This document shows, one piece after another, positions 1 through 10,683 of a DNA stretch of 64,000 nt; positions within the stretch are counted from its first letter, which is position 1, and each line of letters opens with the position of its first letter. The translations under genes and the position numbers were made by a program. The stretch covers positions 8,425,180-8,489,179 of the forward strand of contig NC_057752.1 of the NCBI RefSeq assembly GCF_004010195.1. Reading direction: 5' to 3'. Origin of the DNA: Chiloscyllium plagiosum. Its lineage: Eukaryota. Under the pieces are notes generated by a model. The model made no database searches, was not told where the DNA came from, and worked only from the letters and a program-made list of their open reading frames with translations.

Positions 1-357
1 TTGCTAGTGGTCTTCATGCGTTAACCCTTCCCATGCTTTCATGTTCCATAAGAGTGCAATAGGTGGATGGAGGTGGGGGTAAAGATGATAGATCAGAGAG
101 GACTCCACCTCCATCTCTCTGACCTATCACCTTTACCCCCACCTTCATCTCTCTGACCTGTCACCTCTCCCCCCACCTCCATCCACCTATTGCACTCTCA
201 GCTACTTTCCCCCCAGCCCCACCCCCTCTCCCATTTATCTCTCAGCCCCCTTGGGCAACCCCCTCATTCCTGATTAAGAGCTTATGCTCAAATGTCGATT
301 CTCCTGCTCCTCAGATGTTGCCTGACCTGCTGTGCTTTTCCAGCACCACACTTTTCA
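1..357 (+). mobile_element. Penelope-like element 3'/pLTR fragment
   Basis: Ends in the recurrent cctga..ag(a/g)gcttatgc..aaa.gtcgattctcctgctcc...gctgcctgacctgctgtgcttttccagca terminal motif seen throughout the window. Confidence 0.65.
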
Positions 358-548
358 ACATTCATCTTTACTGCAAATATGACTTTATCAAGGAGAATTT
401 TCGCCATATCTGGATCATCCATTTGATGATAAGTGAAAATCTCACTGATTCCTATGTTCTATTTCTGTATTGAAGATGGCATCTTGGTTCTGATAACCTA
501 GGCAAGCAAATCCATTTAGAAATGTGCACAGAATTTCTTTTTTGAAGA

Positions 549-777
549 TGAAATAACTGCACAGAAGCCAGTATCCCATCACCAAGCCATCTTTATTTAC
601 ACATGCACAGTACATCGACTCTGACCAGCTTGCGCGGAGCCAGTCCCTAGAGTGAACAGAACCCCAACACTCCTGTTTATATCTGTCAGCCAGAGCTCCC
701 TGATTGACCAGGTCAACAGCCTCAATCAAGGATCTCATAGTCAGTGAGATCCAGCTGGTCCTGCTCCAATCACTACA
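549..777 (-). mobile_element. Solo LTR (229 bp) with 5-bp TSD GAAGA
   Basis: Minus strand TGTAGTG...TATTTCA termini; TATA-like GATATAAACAGG (668-683) and AATAAA; GAAGA at 544-548 and 778-782. Confidence 0.85.
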
Positions 778-1334
778 GAAGACTCATTTGCCTCTCTTTT
801 GGACATACTTTAAACTTCGCAAAGAAAACAAAGCTTTAAAAATAGGAAAGTAAAATCTAATTTGCTATTTATGTCATGTGCTACTTCCTTCTGGAATGGC
901 CAACTGCTTCCTGGACCTCGTGCCTGAGGTCACTGCTAAGAAGACTGCAAACTCCCCAGGACCCCCAAACCATTATTCCTGCAGCTTTCAACTCAAATCC
1001 CTGACTGGAGGTGATGTCACCTTGTTGAAGCTGGCTCCCTTCCCAGAGCCTGCTTCAACAATCTCAAAATTTTACAATTTGTCTGGAGTGGAAGTGGTTG
1101 CGTGGCCCAGCAATGAGTTCCAAAGGCCTGGGCTTTGTTCTGGTGGTTGGAGATTCGTAGGATTCATTGGCCATCCATACACAGCAGTCAGGGATATGCT
1201 GCGTGGAGGGCTGGAGGATTCCTTCATTGGCCATCCAGTGCATGGATGATCAAGAGGCATTTGTGGGTTTTTGTTTTCCCAGTGCACAGCCAGGTACATG
1301 CTCAGCTGATTGAGAACATTGGGCACACTGGGTC

Positions 1335-3900
1335 ACAATCCTCAAAAATTATGATAAGAATGTACACAGGTGAAGCGGTGCTTTTAAGGGTGTATCAACG
1401 TGAGCATTCAGCTGTACAGTCAGTCTGAAGACTTGTCCTTGCACGTTGTCAAAGGAAATTTCCCAGGTTTATTGTGGGGAAAATGGTTGGAGAAAATCGG
1501 TCAACTGGGCTGGAGTAAATTGCTTGTCAGAACCTGAGACTGATTCATCACAATTTCTAATGAAACATGCCATTGTTTTCAGTGGGGATCTGGGAAGCAT
1601 GGAATAAAAATCTCTGCGACATTGAAAATCAAAGATAAGAATCAAACAAAATGTTGCAAGGCTTGATCAGTGCCTTATGCAAAGGGTAAGGCAGAATTAG
1701 AGAGACTGGTCAAGACAGTAGTCGTTGAACATATAAATGTGGGTGATTAGGCCATGCCTTCATACCAGAGATGAAGAAAGATGCAACAGACACAGCTGCA
1801 GTGTTTTCAAGGTCACTACTAATCTGGTACTGTGTGCTGAGCAGTATTATAGAGTCATAGAGTCATAGAGACGTGCAGCATGGAAACAGACCCTTCGGTC
1901 CAACCCGTCTATGCTGACCAGATATCCCAACCCAATCTAGTCCCACTTGCCAGCACCTGGCCCATATCCGTCCAAACCCTTCCTATTCACATACTCATCC
2001 AAATGCCTCTTAAATGTTGCAATTGTACCAGCCTCCACCACTTTCTTTGGCAGCTCATTCCATACATGCACGACCCTCTGTGTGAAAAAGTTGCCCCTTA
2101 TTGTTTGCCTTTAATCAATGACCTATTTGCTGGAATAGCTGGAGGTCAGCTTTTCAGTTAAATTGATCTGAGTCAAGCCTATCTCCAGATGAATGTAGAT
2201 TCTGAATCACAGAAATACCTGACAATTTTAGCACATAAAAGATCTATTCAAATACAAGAGAATTCCTTTTGGAAGCACAGCTGCACCTGGTTTATTCCAA
2301 AGTGTCATGGATCAGATTCTAAATGGATTGGAAGGAGTCCAACGTTACCTCAAAGATAATTTAGTCATGGAGAGAAACAAAAAGAGCATCTCCACAATTT
2401 AGATACAACTCTGCAGAGATTTGAAGATTATGGATTAAGAGTGAGGAAAGACAAATGTGAAATTTTTAAATCTTCCACTGAATATTTACACTATGTCATT
2501 TATGCTAAGGGACTACACAAGTCACCTTCAAAAGTAAAAGTCACAACTGAGGCACCAGGATCTAAAAATGTAAACCAACCATAATCAATTTTGGGCTTGC
2601 TAAATTACTGTGGCAGGTTTGTCCCAAATCTTACAACCATTCTCAAGTTGTTGCAAAATATATGATGCCAAAACAAGAATTTGAAATTGGAAGATCAATG
2701 TGAAACAGCCTTTACACAAGCTAAAGAAATTTCATTAAAGTTAAAGTTCTGACTCATTTTGACCCAAAGTTATCATCGCAACTAGCATGTGATACATCAC
2801 CATATGGAGTAGGAGCAGTCATTTCTCACATATTACCCAATGTGGAAGAGAAGCCAATAGCGTTTGCTGCAAAAATCATTAAACAAAGCAGAAATGGACT
2901 ATACACAGATAGAGAAAGAAGCTCTCGGAGTCATTTTTGACATTAGATAATTCCACCAATAACTGTGTGGCCAGGAATTTACCCTATTAACAGACCACAG
3001 ACCATTGACCACAACATTTGGGCCTCATTACAGGGTTACCTTCTCTAGCATCAAGCCAAATGCAGAGGTGGGCATTGTTACTATTAACCATTACATACAA
3101 TTAAATATTTGCAATCAGACTTACTTGGCGATGCTGATGGGTAGTCTAGATTACCTTTGCTAAATGAATCGACTACAAACAGTCCTTATATACACATTTT
3201 CTACTTCAAACAAGTAGAGAATACTCCAGTAATGGCAGGACAAGTTAAGAAGTATACTGGAAATGATTAATTACTGTCAAAAGTGATAGACATGGTACTT
3301 TGTAGCAAGATCATAGGAATAACCCATATGGTCACATGGAAGCTAGAACTGTCCTTACCAGTGGGATGTCTCCTATTGCGGGTCATTATTCCACCACAGC
3401 TAATGAAGTGTGTGTTAAATCAGCTCCACAATAAGTCAGTGTGGCATTGTGAGAAGGAGATAACTAGGCTATTTTTGGTGGCCAGGACTCAATACTGAAA
3501 TTGAGAAGACAGGAACACGTGCAGTGTGGGCAAGAGCTTACAACCTATTTCCATTAGCACCATTATGCCCATGGGAATGGTCAGAAAGGTCACAACAAAA
3601 TAATTTGTATTCACTACACTGTACCTTTTGAAGGGTGAATGTTTCTCATAGTGGTTAATGCACATACGAAATGGTCCAAAGTTGCCATTAAGATGACATC
3701 ATCTTCAGAGAAAACCATTGGAAGACAGGGAGAGATCTTGAAGAGGCTTGGTTATCCAGAATAGCTTGTTAGCTATAGTGATCCACAGTTTATAGTACGT
3801 AAAATGTCTAAAGCAGAATAAAATTCAATATATCCAGTCAGGTCCTTATCATCTAGTTACAAAATGGTTTGCCAGAAAGGTTTGTCCAAATACAAACCTT
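1335..3900 (+). mobile_element. Degenerate Gypsy/Ty3 pol (protease end, RT, RNase H, integrase)
   Basis: Frameshifted motifs IRMYTGE, IDLSQAYLQ, LACDTSPYGVGAVISH, YTQIEKEAL, PWEW..., FLIVVNAHTKW. Confidence 0.85.
1851..2100 (-). mobile_element. CR1 LINE 3' end inserted in the Gypsy remnant
   Basis: (agagtcat)n tail and the same 3' sequence as the CR1 ending at 23460. Confidence 0.85.
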
Positions 3901-6170
3901 TCTGTATTTGGAGGATCCCAAGTCGGAAGATGAGGCATTCTTCCTCCAGTTGGGGGTGGCTTGGATTTGGCGGTGGAGGAGGCCCAGGACTTTAGGTCCT
4001 TGGCGGAGTGGGAGGGGGAGTTGAAGTGGTCGGCCATGGGGCGGTGGGTTGTTCTTCCTCCAGTTGGGGGTGGCTTGGATTTGGCGGTGGAGGAGGCCCA
4101 GGACTTGTAGGTCCTTGGCGGAGTGGGAGGGGGAGTTGAAGTGGTCGGCCATGGGGCGGTGGGTTGTTTAATGTGTGTGTCCCAGAAATGTTCCCTGAAA
4201 TGTTCTGCGAGTTGGCGTCCTGTCTCCCAATACAGAGGAGGCCACGCCAAGACCAATGGATGCAGTAGATGAGGTGGGGTCGTGGTTGAGGGGGCAGTAG
4301 GAGGAGGTGTCAGCGAGTTGACATCTAGGTTCGGTGAGGTCGAGGTCAGTGTCCGCTGGTTTGATGGTGAGGCTGGGGTTGGAGCGGAGGAAGTGGTGAG
4401 AGATTGGAGTGGGTGAGGAAGGTGGACAAGTTGATGTGGTCAATGTCACAACTGGAGTTGGAGATAAAGGGTCGAGGGAGGGTAAGAGGACAGCGTTGTG
4501 TACAAGAGGGTGGAGTATGTTGGAGGTGGGAGAAGGGGTCTTTGGAGGGTGGGTGGGAGTCACGATTGAAAGAGTAAGCACAAAGGTGGAGGTGATGGGA
4601 GAAAAGTTCAATGTCACAATGCATACGGAATTCATTGATCCGGGAGGGTACTGGGATGAAGGTGAGACTGATGACTGATCGTTCATCCTCAGCAAGAGGG
4701 AGGTCTAGGAAGGATGGTAAAAAAACACAGCAAGGCTGGGGCCTGGTGTAGAACTGGAGACTGTCTCTGGAGTGCAGGCGATCATGTGATTGTGAGTGAC
4801 ATCATAGGTGAGATCACCGGAGGAAGTGACATGAACAGTGGTGGTCATGAGGGCAAAAGTGGTGTGTGTTCGGGGCAACTGCAGGGGCAGAAGTGATGTC
4901 CTAAGCGGCGTTCGTTGAAGTGGTGCTATCGGCAGTGGCCACGCGGGTGGCATGGTCGTCGGCAGTGTTCCAGTGAAGGGTGGAAGTGGGGGGTAGAAGT
5001 GGCATAAGCGGCGGCAACCACGGGGGCAGAGGTGACATCCTTGGCGGCACTTGTGGAGGCATCAGTGGCATTCACAGAGGCCGTAGTTCTGGCGGCGATT
5101 GCGGAGACAGAGTTACCGGCAGCGATGGCAGACGCGGTAGTTCTGGCGGCGATCGCGGAGGCAGAGTTACCGGCAGCGATGGCAGATGCGGTAGATCTGG
5201 CAGTGATCGTGGACGCAGAGTTACTGGCAACGATTGCAGATGCAGTAGATCCGGCAGTGATCCCGGAGGCAGAGTTACCGGCAACGATTGCAGATGCGGT
5301 AGTTCTGGCAGTGATCGTGGTGGCGGACTTACTTGCGGTGTCCGCGGAGACCCTAGCTCTAGCAGTGATGGCAGAGGTGGAGGTACAGGCAGTGTTTGCA
5401 GAAGCGGTATGGTCAGTGGTGGCCGCAGTGAGCTTGGCAGTGGATAACAGTGTCCGATCAGTTCCAGAGGTCAAGGGAAGGGTCTGGAATTGTTGAGGAA
5501 TCCCGGATTTGCAGGTAAGTACATGAGAGTTTGGTTTACTTACATTCCTTAATGTCCGATAAGTTGTAGAAAAAGCATTTGTTGAGTGTGTGGATCCTTC
5601 TCAGGATGAAGAATAGCAGAGGTCCATGGCAGGTCTGGGACAGTGTGGCACTGAGATGGGGCAGGGCTGACTGCAAGGAGAGTAGGTGACGGTGCATGGC
5701 TGCGAGCATGGAGCAGAGGATCCGGAGGGAGAACCATTTCTGGAGGCTTTCGATTTGCTGTAGGTAGAGGTTGTCCTGGTCAGATCCAAATTGTGATGCT
5801 CTGAACGTAGTCTGGAGTCCATGGGGGATGAGTTGATTGCGTAGGCAGATGATGAGGAAGGAGATGTGGCTGTAGTAGCGGGTCTGCTTCAGGACGTGGT
5901 TGAAGAGCTTCAGGGCAGAGGAGATGACCTGGGAGTGTGGTGTGAGAGAGAGACTCACTGAGATCCTTGTGGAGGGAAGAGGAGAACTTCTTCAAGGTCA
6001 GCATCCTTGGAACAGGCTTCGCAGTGAGGTTTTCAGCAACTAGGAGAAAGTGAGGACTGCAAATGCTGGAGAGTCAGAGTTGAAAAGTGTGGTGCTGGAA
6101 AAGCATAGCAGGCCAGGCAGCATCCGAGGAGCAGGAGAGTTGACATTTCGGGCAAAAACCCTTCATCAAG
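3900..6170 (-). mobile_element. Penelope-like element, internally deleted
   Basis: GIY-YIG-type C-terminal peptide (ETGRQLAEHFREH; ADHFNSPSHSAKDLQVLGL), N-terminal ORF (HISFL..CLRNQLIPHG) and pLTR at about 6040-6170. Includes a ~114-bp tandem duplication at 3938-4166. Confidence 0.8.
5060..5330. repeat. 30/60-bp GC-rich minisatellite inside the Penelope element
   Basis: Repeating gcagagttaccggcagcgatggcagatgcggtagttctggc units; stop-free in several frames. Confidence 0.85.
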
Positions 6171-6316
6171 AACGTGGAGGGGCAAGGGGGGTGAGAGTGA
6201 TGCTGGGGGTACTGACTCTGTGCTGGCTGGGCCACAGTCGATGTGTTACTGTTGGTTTCTGCTTTTTTTTTGGGGGGGGGGTGCGGAACCTGATTCCTGA
6301 ACTGGTTGAATTATTT

Positions 6317-6506
6317 TATTTTATTTTATTAAACAAATTACATAACAGTTTACAAAAAACGTTGACAGCTGTACACAAAAGACAGCAGTTTTACAAAGGA
6401 GAGGAGCAGCAAAGCTAGGCCCCGAACGCTACCGTTCAACCATTTTACAGGGAGAGGAGGACAAACCTCAAATCCCAGTTCCACATGTGACAAGACAGTG
6501 ACAATG
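6317..6506 (-). mobile_element. 5'-truncated antisense copy of the composite retroposon 3' end, 16-bp TSD
   Basis: Reverse complement matches about 8225-8413; (AAAAT)n tail; ACTGGTTGAATTATTT at 6301-6316 and 6507-6522. Confidence 0.85.
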
Positions 6507-8020
6507 ACTGGTTGAATTATTTAGTCAGTTTATTAACTGGTACTCATTTAGTGAGGACTGATTGTTAAACTCCTGATGCACACAATGTGTTTCAGGTGTA
6601 ACTCAGTTCTCTCAGTTCTCATTAGGGGACTGTTGTTTCACTGGCTGGTTACAGCCTGTGTGTTACTCTTTTCTCTTTCACTTTTAAGAAAAGGACAAAT
6701 GTTAATTTTAATGGCAGGGCTTAGCCCTTGGACTCTAGTTTTCTTTCGTACGTGTCTTCACTGTTTTTGGTGTTTGGACTGAGCTTTTGTGGAAGACATA
6801 CATTTTACCAGATGAGCTGTTCCTGTGGGGAGGCCTAGCCCTGGGACTCGGCCTCTAAAGATTGAACATCTGTATGTGTGCTGGGAGGTGAGCAGTTGCT
6901 GTATCCTGGAGTTTGGGATAAGAGCTTTCCTTCAGCCAAACCCCTGTGAGTTAACTGCACCTTTACAATATATTGTGTTCCTGTCAGTGGACCTGGTTCT
7001 CCAAGGATGGGACAGGACTCCATGGAGCTTGAATACCTGTGTGCTGTGGGGTGTGCATTTGCTGCCTTCAGGAGTGGACTCTGCCCTTGGTTGTGGACTC
7101 TGCCCTTGGTTGTGGACTCTGCCCTTGGTTGTGGACTCCATTTCTGACAATGCACATTGTATACTGGAGTGGACTCTGTTCCTGGGAATGGACTCTACAT
7201 TTTGAAGAGAACTGTCTATGCTAATGGACTCTATGTACCAGAAAGGACTCTGTTTGTTGATGATTATCTGTCATGTGGTTTGTTGGGGTTATCACCTGTA
7301 CTGTCTTGTGTGTCCCTGGGTCTAGTAGGCCGTAATGTGAGCTGGGAGGCTCATGGGTCGTCCTGAAAGCTGTCACCCTGATAGCCAGACGGTGAGTAGG
7401 CCATTCTGTGAACCTGAAGGTTGGTAGGCTATCCTGAAAGCTGGAGGGTGGGTAGGCCGCCCTAAGAGCCAGAAGGTGGGTAGGCTGCTCTGAGCGCTGT
7501 CGTCCCGAGAAGGGGTGATTGGGATGGGCTGTCCTAGAGGTGGTCGAAAAGTGTCAGAGCAGCCGAGAGCCAGAAGGCGTGTAGGGGCAGGCTGAGATCC
7601 GGAAGGCTTGTGGGCTACCCTGCACGTTGTCGTCCCTGGGGAAGGGGACGGGCTGTCCTAGAGGTGGCCGGAAGGTGTGTCAGGGCAGTTCACAGGCCGG
7701 ATGGTGCATCTGGGTGGGTGAGAGCCCAATGGTATGTAGGGGCAGATCGAGAGCCGGAAGGCGAGTAGGCCGTCCTCAGCGTTGTCACCCCGGGCAGATA
7801 CCGGGGCGGGCTGTCCTAGAGTTGGTCGAAAGGTGTGTCGGGGCGGACCGAGAACCGGAAGGGTCATTGGGTGGACCGAGAGCCGGAAGGCGCATAGGGG
7901 CGGGCTGCCTTAGAGTGGCTGGAAGGTGGGAGGGATGGAGGGTGGGGGAGCTTGCTGGGTTTCTAGGGGTCTGTATTATATGCACTGTTTCTTATGTAAT
8001 TAGACTGTCTTGTATGTACA

Positions 8021-8208
8021 TTGCTGGAAAAGAGCAGCAGGTCAGGCAGCATCCAAGGAGCAGGAGAATCGACGTTTCGAGCCTGAAAAAGGGCTTATGC
8101 CCGAAACGCTGATTCTCCTGCTCCTTGGATGCTGCCTGACCTGCTGTGCTTTTCCAGCAACACACACTTTTCAGCTCTGATCTCCAGCATCTGCAGTCTT
8201 CACTTTCT
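8021..8208 (+). mobile_element. Fold-back Penelope pLTR insertion, 13-bp TSD
   Basis: Inverted arms of about 55 bp; TCTTGTATGTACA at 8008-8020 and 8209-8221. Confidence 0.8.
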
Positions 8209-8421
8209 TCTTGTATGTACAAATGTCATTGTTACTGTTTGTAATGGTTGAAACAGATTTGAGGTTAGTCCTCATTTCCCTGTAAACTGGCTGAACAGCG
8301 GGGTTTGGGGCCTGTCTTTGCTGCTCCTCTTCCTTGTAAAATTGTTGTTTCCCTGTATACAGCTGTTAATGTTAACTGTTTTTTGTAAACTGTGAATTGT
8401 TTAATAAAATAAATCAGGAGA

Positions 8422-8477
8422 TAAAATAAGCACTACCACAGTTAGGCAGTAGCGTAGGGAATAGAAAATAACAAATA
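8422..8477 (+). mobile_element. Extreme 3' tail of a Tx1-clade element
   Basis: aaataagcactaccacagttaggcagtagcgtaggg matches the Tx1 tails at about 60385-60430 and 60764-60835. Confidence 0.65.
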
Positions 8478-10683
8478 TATATAACCATGAGATTTAGAAT
8501 CTCCTCAGTTTAGGGGACTGAGTGTGTTACTGCTGCTGTTGGTTTCTTTTTTTTTGGGGGGGAAAACCTAATTCCTAAACTGGCTGATCTATACAGCCAG
8601 TTTGTTACCTGGCATTCCTTTTCTATTGAGGACTGATTTTTAAACTGGCTGATTTAAACAGTCAATGTGTTTCCAGTGTAATTCAGCCTTCATTAGGGAA
8701 CTGTTGTTTCACTGGCTGGTTACAGCCTGTATGTTACTCTTTTTTTTTCTTTGAGAAAAGGACTAAGTTGATTTTTGTAGCAGGGCTCAGACCTTGCACT
8801 CTGGTTTTCTTTGTTTTTTTTAATGTATTTTCACTTTTTTGGTGTTTGGACTGAGCTCTTGTGAGAAAATACATCTTTCCATATAAGTGGTTCCTGTGGG
8901 TAGGCCTGGCCCTTTGTTGGTGACTATGCCTCTCTCAAGACTGAACACCTGTGTGTGTGTGTGTGCTGGGAGGTGAGCAATTGCTGTGTCCTGGAGTGGA
9001 CTTTGCCTTTGGGAGTGAACTAAACCAGTGAGTTAACTGCATCTTTACAATGTACTGTATTCCTGTGAGTGGACCTGGTTCTCTATGGATGAGCAAGGAC
9101 TCTATGGAAACTGAACACCTGTGGGGTGTGCATTTGCTGCCTTCAGGAGTGGACTCTGCCCTGGGTTGTGGACTGTTTTTTGGCAACGGACTCTGTAGTT
9201 TGGAGTGGACCCCGTTTCTAACAATGCACTTTGTATACTGGAATGGACTTTACCATAAACAGTTCTCTTCAAAATGTAATGAACTCTGTACCAGGAAGGA
9301 CTGTTTGTTTGTTGATAATTGACTCTGCCATGTTGCTTGTTGGGTTTATCACCTCCACTGTCTTGTGTCCCTGGGTCTGACAGGCCTTCGTGTGAGCTGG
9401 GAGGCTAATAGGTCATACTGAAAGCGGTCACCCTGTCATCCTGGGGGGGTGGGGAAACAGGACGGGCTGTCCTAGAGGTGGCTGGCAGGTGTCAGGGTGG
9501 ACCAAGAGCCGGAAGGGACTTGGGGCAGACCGAGAGCTGGAAGGGGCATGGGGCAGGCTGCTTTAAAGTGGCCAGAAGGTAGGAGGGACAAGTGGGTTGC
9601 TGGGGGAGTCTGTATTCTATACACTGTTTTTGTTATGTAATTGGACTGTCTTATATGTATTTGTTACTAGTTTGTAATGACTGAAGTGGAATTTGAGGTT
9701 TGTCCTCCTTTCCTGAAAACTGGTTGAATGGTGGGGTTTGGAGCCTTGCTTTGCCGCTTCTCTCCCTTGTAAATTTGCTGTTCCTCTGTACAGAGGAACC
9801 TTGATTATCCAAGTATCGAATTATCTGAAGGCGATCTCGAGGTCCCAATAGAAACATTACATCAAAGACATGTTTCCAACACTGATCGCGTCTTTTGTTT
9901 AGTGATTAAAAGTGAACTCCGCTTACTGAAATGTTGCCGAGAACAGTCCTGGACATCGATGGGAGCCCAGACACCATCTCCAAATGACTGACCTCCCGCG
10001 CTCTCACTCACTCTCTCGGCCCACATACATTCCCTGGAGTTCTACACAGGGGTGTACCCTAAACCCCCCTTCCCCAGATAATCTCTCAACACTGTCCTGT
10101 ACAGGGTAAAGGTGAAACCTGTCAAAAGGTTGCAGTAAAAAGTTGTGTGTGGGGCTGTGTGCGTGCCATTTGGACACTCACCCAACCCCAAAACAAAGGC
10201 AGCAGCAGCCTTGTTGGTGTCCAGAGAGGGGGTAGGGGCGAGCATAGGGGGCAGTGTTGGATGGGGTTGGGGAGGCAGTGATGAAAGGGGCTGGGGGCAG
10301 ACCCTGTTGGGCAGGAGGGGTGGGTGAGGGGGGTGATATTGGACAGGGTTGAGGTGGGGGCAGGTGGTTGTGGATGACTGGGTGGTGTTGGAGGAAGGAC
10401 AGGGGCAAGGATGGGGCAGATGGCGGGCAGTGTTGGGTGGGGTTGAGGAGCGTGCAGGCAGGGTCGGGGTCTCGCGTGCAGTGTGCTGCTGCCTCATGTG
10501 CTGGACGGGGAGCGGACTTAACAGAAAACTCCGAGCCCCAGAGGAAAGGCATTGAATCAATTAATTGAATAATCAATTATCCAAATGAAATAGTGCCCGC
10601 CCATCACATTTGGATAATCCAGGTTCCTCTGTATACAGTTGTTAATGTTAACTGTATTGTTTAATGAAATGTTTTAAAAAAAA
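8478..10683 (+). mobile_element. Composite retroposon unit 2 (shortened VNTR block, interrupted by a MITE)
   Basis: Colinear similarity to units 1 and 3; ends in a poly(A) run joined to ACAGGAGA. Confidence 0.7.
9791..10631. mobile_element. Non-autonomous Tc1/mariner (pogo/Tigger-like) element
   Basis: TIRs CAGAGGAACCT(T/G)GATTATCCAA (21/22 match); TA TSD at 9789-9790 and 10632-10633. Confidence 0.85.

Larger units (their letters stand above)
6206..8409 (+). mobile_element. ~2 kb non-coding composite retroposon, unit 1
   Basis: Homologous to units 2 and 3: LTR-like head, ggactctg repeats, purine-rich VNTR-like block, tail gttaatgttaactgt...aataaaataaa. Confidence 0.7.

Noticed and set aside
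549..777. Solo LTR as the 5' LTR of the Gypsy pol at 1335-3900
   Set aside because: Opposite orientation and it has its own TSD on both sides, so it is an independent insertion.
878..1330. Overlapping ORFs with a repeated ttcattggccatcca motif
   Set aside because: No recognisable protein or element; cannot be supported.
5032..5496. Ala-rich ORF resembling an antifreeze or mucin protein
   Set aside because: It is a minisatellite within a Penelope element with no gene structure.
7073..7140. Short direct repeats that might suggest a CRISPR array
   Set aside because: Contiguous tandem units without unique spacers, in eukaryotic DNA.
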